From the NCBI GenBank assembly GCA_964035545.1, contig OZ037766.1:19704767-19768766 (forward strand): a stretch of 64,000 nt of DNA. The letters are read 5' to 3'. The notes under the pieces were generated by a model. The model was not told the DNA's origin, made no database searches, and saw only the letters and a program-made list of their open reading frames with translations. The stretch comes from Bugula neritina. Taxonomy: Eukaryota; Animalia; Bryozoa. Shown here in pieces: positions 1-11,099 of the stretch (its first letter is position 1; each line of letters starts with the position of its first letter). A program made the position numbers and the translations under genes.

Positions 1-570
1 TTATTTAGTTGCCTTGAAATTTGCCATTAAGCAATAGGTAATTAGACTAAATATTAAGCAATCAGGACTAATTAAAATAATCATTTGTATTATTTTTCAG
101 TTTCATGATACTTTGGATTATGTATGACATCATAAGAATATGCAGTTAAAAGCTGTTGCATATTTACACTCGTCATGTTCACTTTTTGTGAATACAGAGT
201 TTTAGTAATTGCTCTCAAATAAAAATAAGAACCATTAAACATTGCAAAATTTGAACTAAAGCACTTATTTTCCTTTCATCTTGGCATTGTTTATTTATTC
301 TTCATAGAAGTAATTGAAATGAAATTCTTACCGCGTCAACAGTTTGAGAGATGTGCCAAGCTGTGGCCTTTTTAGTAGCAAAGAAAAGTCATGATGGAAC
401 AAATGTTTTATATGAACAAAAGTCAACCTTGAATTCATGACTTAAACTAAGAACAACCAGTAAAACACTGTTTGCATATGGTATCTACAGAGCTGGGCCC
501 AAGTCACAGTAGCTCAAGTCAAATCATAATTTAAAACAAATTCAAGCCAAAAAATTATTTGATTCAATTT

Positions 571-1855
571 ATGGGTGGGGCTAGTTGAAACATAAATTGC
601 GTTTTTGAGCATAAGTTTTGAAGGAAGTTTTGGCCAATTCAAAAACCACCACCATGAAAGTCAGCCATATGTTGTTGTCTTTGTTCATTAAAACTAAATA
701 CATAGATATTTTACTCTCTGAGATGGAGCCAATTTTTTACCTGTAATTTTTTGGCACACTGCCATTTGTCTTATAATATAAATTGTTTTACCTATTTTGC
801 AAGTTGAAGAACAATTTATCAAAGATTAAACATAAAAATCATTAAAAAACGTCAGAATAAATTGGCATAAACAAATAACAGAAACTCTGGATGTGATCTG
901 TTATTGTGACCATCTAACATCTCAAAGATAAGCAATGCAGAAGACTCTTTAAAACCCAAGCAGCTGCAGCAAAGTGGTAGGAAGGCTTTAAAAAGTTGTT
1001 TTCTTGTAATTCATTCTTAAACAAATTGCAGTTCAGATGAAATAGGGTCGTCTCATATGACATCAGAAAATGCAAGGTATGCTTGAGCATAACCAACATT
1101 TTTTGAGGGCTGTTTGAAGGCTCTCAACAATGGCAAATGAGTTACATCACTGCCTTGCTTTACCATATTTATCGCTGTAGTTAAGCTTTCCTTATCTGTT
1201 CCCCTACTTGTTTTCAGCATGTAATTTTGCACCATTCTAGAAACATTTGCAGATAAATAGATTAATTGCATTGTTGACCTACAGTTTCATTTGTTCTAAG
1301 ACTAAATGTATGTTTGGATTTATATATTGCGTGAAGAAAAATTTTAATTGAGAAAATATAAACTTATAAATGTGAAAATTGGTGTGCCCAATTACAATGA
1401 ACATAGTGAAAATAATTAGCGGGACAAGTTGTACATACTCAGCTCGCCTCACTTGTTATGTGGTTCAACTAGCCCCACACTGTGACGCTACAAATTATTG
1501 CCGATGTCTGCTGTGAGTGAGATATCTCTGTAACTTTAATTTATTGCCCAGCTTTGAGATCAAGTTGACAATACATGCCTGAACTTACTAGACTGGTCTA
1601 CAAAAACTTGAGAAGGTATGCAATTTTTCATGAAAAAAGGAATTTTTAGTTTGATCATTTTTTATGAAAAAAAGGTGAAAAATACTCGATCACCTGAACA
1701 ATTCTGCTTTGATTTTATATATTTCCATATGTTTGTTAGTTCACCTAAAATGCTCTTAAGTAAGAGAGAAAAAAATGGTGCAATGATTTAAAGGAAAAAA
1801 TTTAGAGCATGTGGTTCAAATAGCCCTGTGATTCAACTATCCCCACCCTTCCCTA
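571..1855 (-). mobile_element. Decayed pogo/Tigger-like (Tc1-mariner superfamily) DNA transposon with remnant TIRs
   Basis: Inverted terminal motifs: GGGTGGGGCTAGTTGAA (573-589, +) and TTCAACTATCCCCACCCTTCCCTA (1832-1855), plus an internal copy TTCAACTAGCCCCAC near 1464. Minus-strand broken peptides MVQNYMLKTSRGTDKESLTTAINMVKQG (from 1235; psq-type HTH start) and AAAAWVLKSLLHCLSLRC (CENP-B-type HTH, 'AGxxW..F..RH.LSLR') resemble pogo transposases. Many stops and frameshifts. Confidence 0.65.
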
Positions 1856-4800
1856 TAACTTTTAAGTTTTTTATACTTTTTTTTGAAACATTTTATGTTT
1901 TATGTCTTCTTTTAACTGTATAATTGTCCCATGCAGTGCTGATTTTCAACCAGTCAGGAAGAATAGACATCTACTGGTTGGTGGGTTTTATAACCCTGGC
2001 ATACCTCTTGTGGGCAGGTTGCCTATGTTGGCTTTAAAACAATATCTCTCACAAACAGCATTGAGTTACTTTCATACTAGTGTGTTTGTGATCTATTTGT
2101 TTCATGTAGTCATTTGCTACACTATTATAATTTACCTTAGTATATGACTAAGGATTTCATATTAATTTTGTCTCTGCCAGCTTGTCAATTCAGCAAATCA
2201 ACTTGAGCCATTTTAAGTATTTAAGTCAGGAAGCTCACAAGTCAGGGTGTCTTGAACCTAACTTTACATGTTTTAGATTTTAATGTTGAGCAACTAGTTT
2301 TATATTTTGTAGCTGGCTTATGGTTCATAAAAATATGCAGTAACATTGAAAATATATTTTTTTTAGAGGCAGTATTAAGACGATTTTTGTAAAAATATCA
2401 GCAATAGTTTTAAATTACTTTCTTGAAGGCTTAAAGCTTGACATAAATTTAAAAACTTAATTTAGATAAAATTAAAATAAAAGAATTAAATAACGCAATA
2501 TGTTGTATTATAGTGCTTTACATTCAAATGTTGCAAACTGTTGAATACGGTTAAAATCGGCCTGCAATTAAGCATTAAGCTTAATTGCAACTAAAATATC
2601 GAAAATATTGTAGCCTACTAATTTCTGTCAATACAAATATGCTATTCCTGGCAAAAAGTTGCCGAGGTATTTACAAAGAAAGTAATAGATTGGTTTTCAA
2701 CTTTCAATTAGTTAGTGAAGGTTTGAGCATTATATTACTACTTATCATAATTCTAATGCTAATTCAAGTTAGCTAAGCACTGATGTTTTCAAAGTGCACT
2801 TATATTTGTACACTGAAACCTCTCATAGAAAACTACACTATATACTTGTGTATAATTATGGTGTAGTATCCACTCAGAATATATACCTATCTATCAGTAC
2901 CAAGCACTTCGTTGTAGCAGAGGGTAATGGGAAAATCAATTATGCAAATTTTATTTCAGTGTAAATAGATTATGAATAGCATAACTTAGATTTTGCAAGA
3001 AGTAAAAGCAATTACCCTTGAGCATATTCTTCAAGTTTTTATGACCTTGCACACAAGAGACTCTTAGCATAAAGGAATAAAAGTATTCACTGAGTTTTGT
3101 AAGAGCTCATTGAATGACTTTCAATACATGAAACTCTGCAGCAGAAACCATTTAATTTAGCAGCTGCTAAAGAGTTGCAAACTTCAGTAAATATTTAATG
3201 CATTGCATATTAATATACTCTAGTAATTACATAATAACTATAAAATAACAACAGCAAGTGACTGTTTTGATAATAAAAATGCTTAAAATACAGAACATTT
3301 CAGCTAAAAGTCTATCATATGTATATAAGAAATGGGCAGTTCAATTGGCAAGTTTTCAGAGGCAAAACTCTGCTGTTGAAAGCTTATTTCTGTTACCACA
3401 GTGTTTGATGTGTTAGATTATGTGGGTGGTATTATGTGCCTTCTTAGTCACAAGGTTACATTGAGTATATGGCAGCCATTTGTATAGTGACAGCATACCT
3501 GCTCATCAAATTCAAATTGAATCAGTACGTATAAACAACACTAAGGGGAAGCAAATCTAGACATTTAATACCTGCTATAATTTAGCACCTTCTTATTCTA
3601 TTCACACTTGTAATGCATTTGTGGCTGACATCAATAGAAATATAATAATAGGTGAGCAGTTCCACTACAAGAAATGACTTCTTTTCAAAATACTTTTGTC
3701 ATTTTTGCAAACTTATAAAATTTATGCCTTTGTGAAGATTAAGTTGAGAAAAACTGATATTCCATATATGCTATAATATACCCTATTAAAAGAGTCCCTC
3801 CAAGGGGGTCTCACACGGGAATCCAAAGTCAGCATGCTTTTCTCTGCCAGTTAATTACATAACAAAGTGCCTGCTCATTCTGTGAAATCAACCATGAGTC
3901 TTCCTATAATTTGATTCTTATTTTTGTTAACCTGTAAGTTAAAATTACACTGATAGTAAGAACATCACAGTTTTAATTAGTTCCAACTGAAGTCACTTAA
4001 ATAAATTATAATATTTGTTCATATCATCACTTTATACAACTCAGTCATGGCTGTTACACATGGAATAAGAGCTCCAAGAATAATTCCTCCAAATTTTGCA
4101 CGGTTTCCCAAGTTCTGCTATAATATTTGGCTTCAAAGAAATTCTGATCTGCTGTAAGTTGCTTTAAGTTACAAAATAGTTTGGCTTATATTCTACTTTT
4201 TTCATAAACGTACTGTATTTCTTTTTCTTCTCGGTCAAAAGCTTGCTTCAAAAAATATGGTTTAATGGTTTAGAAACTGCTTAATTTATTGATAAACTTT
4301 TTAGAACCAGCCTGGAGAGCATAAGATTATTTATGTAGAATATTAGTATTACTTATTTGAAATACTTTCGATCTTTTTACGGTACAACATTCTAAAAATA
4401 ATAATTGCAGTGCTAGGAAGTTGCATTCTTCTTGTCAAATTAGACTAGTGTTTGATAACTATATAAAGAGTTACATTACAATTTATTTATATTTAAAACT
4501 TTGATAATTATTGGTACGTCATCGTTTAAAACTGGTTTTATCTGGATGATAAAGTATCTAACTTTGAGTGTATGGTGTGCTGAAACATTTATTAATGCAA
4601 GCGGCGACAACTGAGAAACAGTCTTACCTTTCAATCAACCTAAATTTACAGTTTGAGCTCTTACGATTCTTAAACTGGTTACATATTGTTTGTCAAAACT
4701 GCTTTCTAGTACATGTTGGCTGAATGCCTTATATAACTGATAAGCTATATCATCTCAAAATAGTATTATACAAGTAGTTTCACCTATTTACTTAGTTACT

Positions 4801-6099
4801 TCCATTAAAATGAAGTATATAAAATAAATTACCTTTAATTAAAATGACTTGTAGACATACAATTTGCAGGTTTTGATATTACAACTTGGTTAAGTAGAAC
4901 AAACTTTTGCTGGTCCCATAATTCCATAATCGCGAAAAATAAATAAGACTTTAACAATAATAAACTGAAATAGATTTTAATTTTGCTTAAAGATGATGAG
5001 TTGCCCTTAGCACATGCCTATAACTTTTAAAAATAGCCTATTTGGTCCTTTCAGCTTAAATTTACTCAGACTGTTTAATTCTTCACGATTGCACATGTTA
5101 AAGTTAAGTAAATTTATCTGAAAAAGCACTACAATTTGAATACTATCTTACACAGTTTTCTGCAAATCATTTTTATTATTGTATTGCATTCATGTTAGAA
5201 TTATAAATAAAATGCCTTTAAAAAGATGTGACAGTCAGCATCTAAAGCATTGAATATCAAATACACTATATACTATATAGGCTATATATATGCTATTGAT
5301 CATACTATATTATAATATATATTGTTTTATATTCCGCACTTGCTCATTATGCTGTTTAATGCAAATATCATTGCTAGATAGTCTTCATAGTCTGATTGTA
5401 TAGAAAAATAAACTTATTTTAAGAATAGCTATGATCAGTAAAATTTAGAGGTTTTCAATTTTTACATTTAATCCTTTCTCCTTTGTCAAAAGGTACAGGT
5501 GTACCAAAAGGCTGTGCCATTCAGAATTTTATTAAATAAAATACATGTATATGCTAAATGTTTTATTTTACTTCAACTTTAGATATTTGATTGATAATGG
5601 TTTCTTATAAATTCAGTTAAATATGTTTTTGAAATCTTGAATTCCACTCTTGATATTATATTTATCAGTTTATTGCGTTATGATTTATATATTCATACAT
5701 ATAATTATACAGCGCCTAGCATTGCATGCTCTTTTAAATACATTAATACATTCTGTATCTGGATAATGCACTTACGGCTAAGAATGCCGTAGGTTTAACC
5801 ATGGCACTATGTAAGAAGGTATTATTTTGAAAAGGGCACTCAACTCAAGTCCTATAGGATCTTTATCTACAAATATAGAGAATGAAAAGGTTTTTAATCA
5901 TTAACTGTTGAAAGCTGTTCAGCAAATGAAATGTAAATAAGTGGAAAAATATGTTTGAATATGTTGGCATTCAACCACATGAAATGCATTATAAAATGCA
6001 ATAATTAGTATTGACACACTTAGGAGAAATCATGTTGATTACCTGAAATTTATTCAACTTAATTAGGAAAAAACTTACAAAAGAAAAGAAGAGAAAGGG

Positions 6100-6570
6100 C
6101 AGCAGGGCTCTGTGTAATTTGATCAACCGCTGTGTGCAGATCAAGTTGTGCTAGATCACTCTAAAAACTCGTGCAAGGGAACTATTTGAACTGTCACAAT
6201 TAATGACGTTGCTATTGATTAGGATTACCTACAGCTCACACAACTAGACTAGCCTGTATACTGCTGAATCAGCTAAGCCACAACATCTTTCGGACTGCAG
6301 CAGAAAACTGCTGACTTAGCACACTGTTTCACCTGCAAAGATATTGCTGAGGGCGTTAGACTCACCCTCACTTACTACTTATTGGCAATGAGAGACAGTG
6401 GAGAGCTCTCTGGTTATCTAAGTAGAACACGTGAACAATGCAACACCCAAGTTCAACCGTAGGATACATGATGCTCTCTGAATTGTCACTGCACAGACCT
6501 AAGAGAGGAGCTGGCTTTTATGATGTTAAAAATGGAGCACAGAAATTTTTTTGTCCTCGAGCTTCCAGCT
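6100..6570 (+). pseudogene. Possible degenerate RAG1-like/Transib-superfamily transposase fragment (NBD and start of DDBD)
   Basis: Frameshifted, collinear peptides: AKPQHLSDCSRK (6272), CKDIAEGVRLTLTYYLLAMRDSGE (6334), DAL*IVTAQT* (6470), FYDVKNGAQKFFCPRAS. The order resembles RAG1 RPRQHLLSLTRR ... TLFLLALRARNE ... CLAIRVNTFLS ... YRTVKAITGRQIFQP. Similarity judged by eye only. Confidence 0.3.
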
Positions 6571-8035
6571 TTTCTGCTTTATCATCACAAGTAATAAAAT
6601 TGGATAGTTTCTACAGAAGCTCCTCTGCTCTCCAGCTTTGGTATGTGCAAAACTTTTAGCTATCAAGTCTTTTGCTGGCTAGTTTGGAATCTCAGCAAAT
6701 AAATATTGTTGTAGAATGATTTTAAGAATATTTTGGTGTAAGTTTCAAAAGGAAAAGTATTATTTCTAATCTATATACACCTCCTAAACAGACTTGGTTG
6801 AAGGGAGGAGTTTTAGAAGTTGGCATACACTGGTGACTTTATAGACTTTCTGTATATCTCCAGATTTGTAGTGATTTATAGACATCAAACAGTGTGAATG
6901 AATATGAAAAGGCTCATGATTTACTGGGCATATGTAACTAAACCTGCCATAAACTGTGTTAAAAATGAAGTGTATGTTATGCTTGAACTTCTTATATATA
7001 GTTGAGGTTGTAGTGAATGCCTCCATCATAAGAAATTTTCTGCCTTTGGACTAAAACATGATATATTATAAATTTTTTGTTGTCCGAACAGCTCTATATT
7101 GAGAGTTGTCTACCATGCAGGTATAATTAATTCATGCACATTTGTCTAATACTTAAGATACTTTTGCCCTCTAACTTATTAAGATGCATCTTTTTATACA
7201 AAAGTGCTTTAGTAGTAAATGCACATGTATTTATAAAAGGTGACCTGCTTTTGATATAGTGTTGTCCTTGCAAATGATCTTCAAACATTTTTAAATCCTA
7301 AAGGATTGTGTTCATCAAATACTATACATGAATATGTTTTCAAATTATGTTGCAATAATATGTATATCATAATTATTTACTATATACTCCATGCAGAAAT
7401 CATTCAAGTGTTTGACTTTCTCTTTAATTTTTCTGCTTATTATATTGTAAACACTGACCATTATAAGGATAAAAGTTTCACCAGCTAGACTTTTAATCTT
7501 CTAGTGATAAATGAATATAAGCTGTTGAAATAAATTTACACAGAGAAATTGAATTGCATAGAAGCAGTTATATGATTAATTTACGGCAGGTTATTTGTAT
7601 TCAGTGTCAATGCACTTTTAATATCTTGGCGTAAAACTTACAAGCCATATATACACTCTGAGTCGAGTGTCAAAAGAGAAATGACCATTAGTAGGTGAGA
7701 ATACTGGCTAGTGTGTTGTCATGTTGCTGTAGCTGCTGCCGTTTGCATTTAAACTCCAATGTCTTGAATAAATACATTTAACGGATTTTGTGAGTAATCT
7801 CTAGAATGTTATATTTAAAAAACACATAGACTTTATTGATTTGAAGGTATATATAACTTTCCTAATAAATGGCCATCAACTTTTTCCGTACAGTCATAAC
7901 GGTTTACCTCGCTATTTTTGAGTGAACCTTTACAGCATTTAGCAGCCATGGATTACACTCTAGGGTATTATTAGATATCATGAATGTACAATTTTTAATT
8001 TAACTTTAAATCAACTGCTGTCTAAGATAGCAGAC

Positions 8036-8383
8036 ATGTCTGTGGAGATAAAACGTAAGAAACTGTTGAAAGATTTATCCAAGAATAGAGGAACTCAACT
8101 TATCGTGGACTTAAAGCCAAGGGGAGCAGACTATTTTCATGTGGTGACAGACAATCATCGGTGCAAAGCTAGAGATGGCAGATTCCCACCCTCACACCTA
8201 CCATTCAGGAGACCAAACACTGCATTGGTCAGTTATCAAGGCTCTAGAATCATTGGACACATTTATGGACTCAACACTCACATGGAAATTCTTATAAACA
8301 GAAAGCAACATCTTAAAACCAAAGCGGTTAAGATTGAAAAGAAAAGAGTTCAAACTAAATACTTAGCACCTATAAAAGAGTAA
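8036..8383 (+). CDS. Small basic uncharacterised protein (115 aa, single coding exon)
   Basis: ATG-to-TAA ORF, long for this AT-rich background, Lys/Arg-rich and protein-like in composition. Preceded by a possible acceptor (ctaag|atagcagacATG). No family recognised. Confidence 0.55.
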   Translation: MSVEIKRKKLLKDLSKNRGTQLIVDLKPRGADYFHVVTDNHRCKARDGRFPPSHLPFRRPNTALVSYQGSRIIGHIYGLNTHMEILINRKQHLKTKAVKIEKKRVQTKYLAPIKE

Positions 8384-8399
8384 GAGCTACTAAATAAGT

Positions 8400-8570
8400 A
8401 CTATTTAGTTAATTAGTTAGTGAGTTACAAACATACTGAGTTATTGATTTAGTGAATATTTGCTGCTTAACTGAGTTAATAAGATAATAGTTTACTGAAT
8501 TAGTGAGTTATTAAGTCATGGAGTTACTGAGTTATCTAGTTGGTGGGTTACCGAGTTGGTGACTTGGTAG
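8400..8570. repeat. Degenerate minisatellite of (ACT/AGT)GAGTTA-like units
   Basis: Repeated GAGTTA/CTGAGTTA/GTGAGTTA words directly downstream of the 8036 ORF stop. Confidence 0.55.
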
Positions 8571-11099
8571 AAAAAGGCAAATATAATACAGAATTGCAAA
8601 ACTCCTATGTACTTTACTCAGTGTGAAGCCTTTGATTTTTAATTTAAAGTTTGATTGTAGGTGTTTATAATAATAATTTTTTATATATTACAATCATTTC
8701 AAGTATTCAATTCTTACTTGGTGTCTTCTATAATGTAAAATTACTTATAAGACTATCTACTTTGATAAGCATGCAATGAGCATTAGTTTACTCTTCTGCT
8801 GACATTGTATGTAAGTTTGGTTTGCTTTACTATTCCACTATTGGTGTCTTGACCAATTCTTATTATGACCTAGTGTAAATAGGCATCAAACTTCAAAGCT
8901 GTTACATTTTCGCCTAAATAACAAAAAAGATAGTTAATATACTGGTTATTTTCAGGGCTAAGACTAGGGCCACACTACGCATGTTTCTGCATTTGGGCCA
9001 AATTTTTGAAAACTCGTCTTGGGAACAGCCTGCCACACACAATGCGTAGGTTGGGAGTGCAGAAAACCCGCCCTACGCTAAAGCCTCCTTGTGCAGTTAT
9101 TCTGGCACCTTGGGGATCTAAATTGAAAGTAACTTGATAATTAACCTACTTTTCTGACTTCGACTACCAATAGAATTGATTTACGCTGAGCACTTTGTAA
9201 ACAGTTTAAGCAATGCAATTATTGCATTGGAAATTACTTTAAATTCATAACCTATAACAGTTCTTCTGTATTGTTCAACCATTTGCACTGCTCATGCGCC
9301 CTTATTTTGAAATAGTAACCACATGTACATTGTGACTAATAGTGTAAAAACTATGGCTATAATTTAGATTGACAAATGCCGAATAGCAAGAAAAACAAAA
9401 TAGGATTCTTATGAGAATGAAGTTTAGATATGAAAGCACAATTAACTATTGAATATTTTGATTGCTGGAAATAGCATGATTTTAGCACCTGCAGAATTAG
9501 AAACTATCATAATAGAAGGCTATGCAAACATACTTACTTATGGCCATTTTACTCCTTGTTTGAACAATTATTAGTCTAAAATGAAATTTCATTGATCTGC
9601 CGACAGAGTGCATTAAGCAATGTGATTGAACTCAGCCATGCACAAAATCACAATTCTAGCACACAAAAGAGTCAAACCTTACTTGAAAGTTTACCTTGTT
9701 TATTTTCTCTATTGTACAAATTATATCAAAGTCATTGGATACATTTTAATCCCAAGGAGGTTTGGTTACATTGATTAAGTTATTGTTGATAGTTGAAAAT
9801 CTAGTCCAGCATTTACCAGTGACTTGTAAAGTTGCGTTTATCGGTGATGGCTAAAATTGAGTATAGCAGCCAAAGAAAAGTTGTGTCTTTGAGCTGTCCT
9901 TGGGTTTTTCAAATAAGAGTAAAGCCAGCCGAAGTTGCTGATTACAGCTTTCAACGTTCTAGAGTAAAGCCACCCATTGCTGAGTTTCCGTTTGATAAAA
10001 GGTAAAACAATTATTGATTGATTGGTGATTATTATTGTTAACATAACCTTTATTGAATCGAACAATATAGAGCTATGGATTTAGAAATGGCACGGCTACA
10101 ATAAGTAAGCACTGTGAAATTAATGCATAAACTACGGTAGCTTTTTATATCTGTGACATCTCTTGACACAGTTACTGTTAGTTACACAGTGTAGTAGCTA
10201 TAGCTGTAGCACTTAACATGTCATAGAGCAGCATAAGAAAGCATAGCTGTCAACTATGGGTAGTACTATTCGCTGTTTCAGGTCAGTTCTCTAACAACTA
10301 CTGCTCTATACACTTATAGAGTTAGCAGTCATATTTGCATTGTGTTGGTGTTGCTATTTGCTAACACTTATAGCTCATATCCAAATATTGTTATTTTGGC
10401 ACACAATGTGCACTGGGGAAAAGCAGTTTCTATTAATAGAAACAAGTGAAATGTTAAATGTTAAGCTGCTGCCTAAAGAAAAATCTAATTTCTTTCTGAA
10501 TAGTTATGCCTATAATTTAAAAAGCATGTAAGACAATAGTATTGTACATTGGCAGTGCTTTGTAAATATGAGTGTAAAAATATCTCCTACAAAGTATTGT
10601 ATTCGTATTCAGGTGTGAAGCTAATGATCAATGTGGCAAGCAGATTGACATTCAAATCTATTGATTTTATAGCATAAAATACATATAGGTGAAAAGGTTT
10701 ATGCAGATTGATCTGAATATATTTATTGTCAGCTGAGAAGTAGAGTGGACAGGGTTGAGACTATCACCTGCACCTACAATAGTTAGAGTCATGAGTAGAA
10801 ATTAGTTACATCATATATACTTTATTATTGTTCATTTAAACAGGTGGTGGGTAGTTTTAGTTATCAGGTGACTAGCATGTATTCTATCTTTCTTAAACTA
10901 TACCCAATAATACTGATTGCAATATCTAAATAAATTTATCTGAGCTGTATAAATTTACCTTTGTGCGCTTTAAAGTTATTTTTGCTATGCAACATTATAT
11001 GTTTATTCCTGGCTACAACTTTGCCAGTGAGTTTGGTGAGTATTTTTTCTACAATGTATGTTTTAATCAAAAATTCAACTTAGTGAATTTTGTTTGCAG

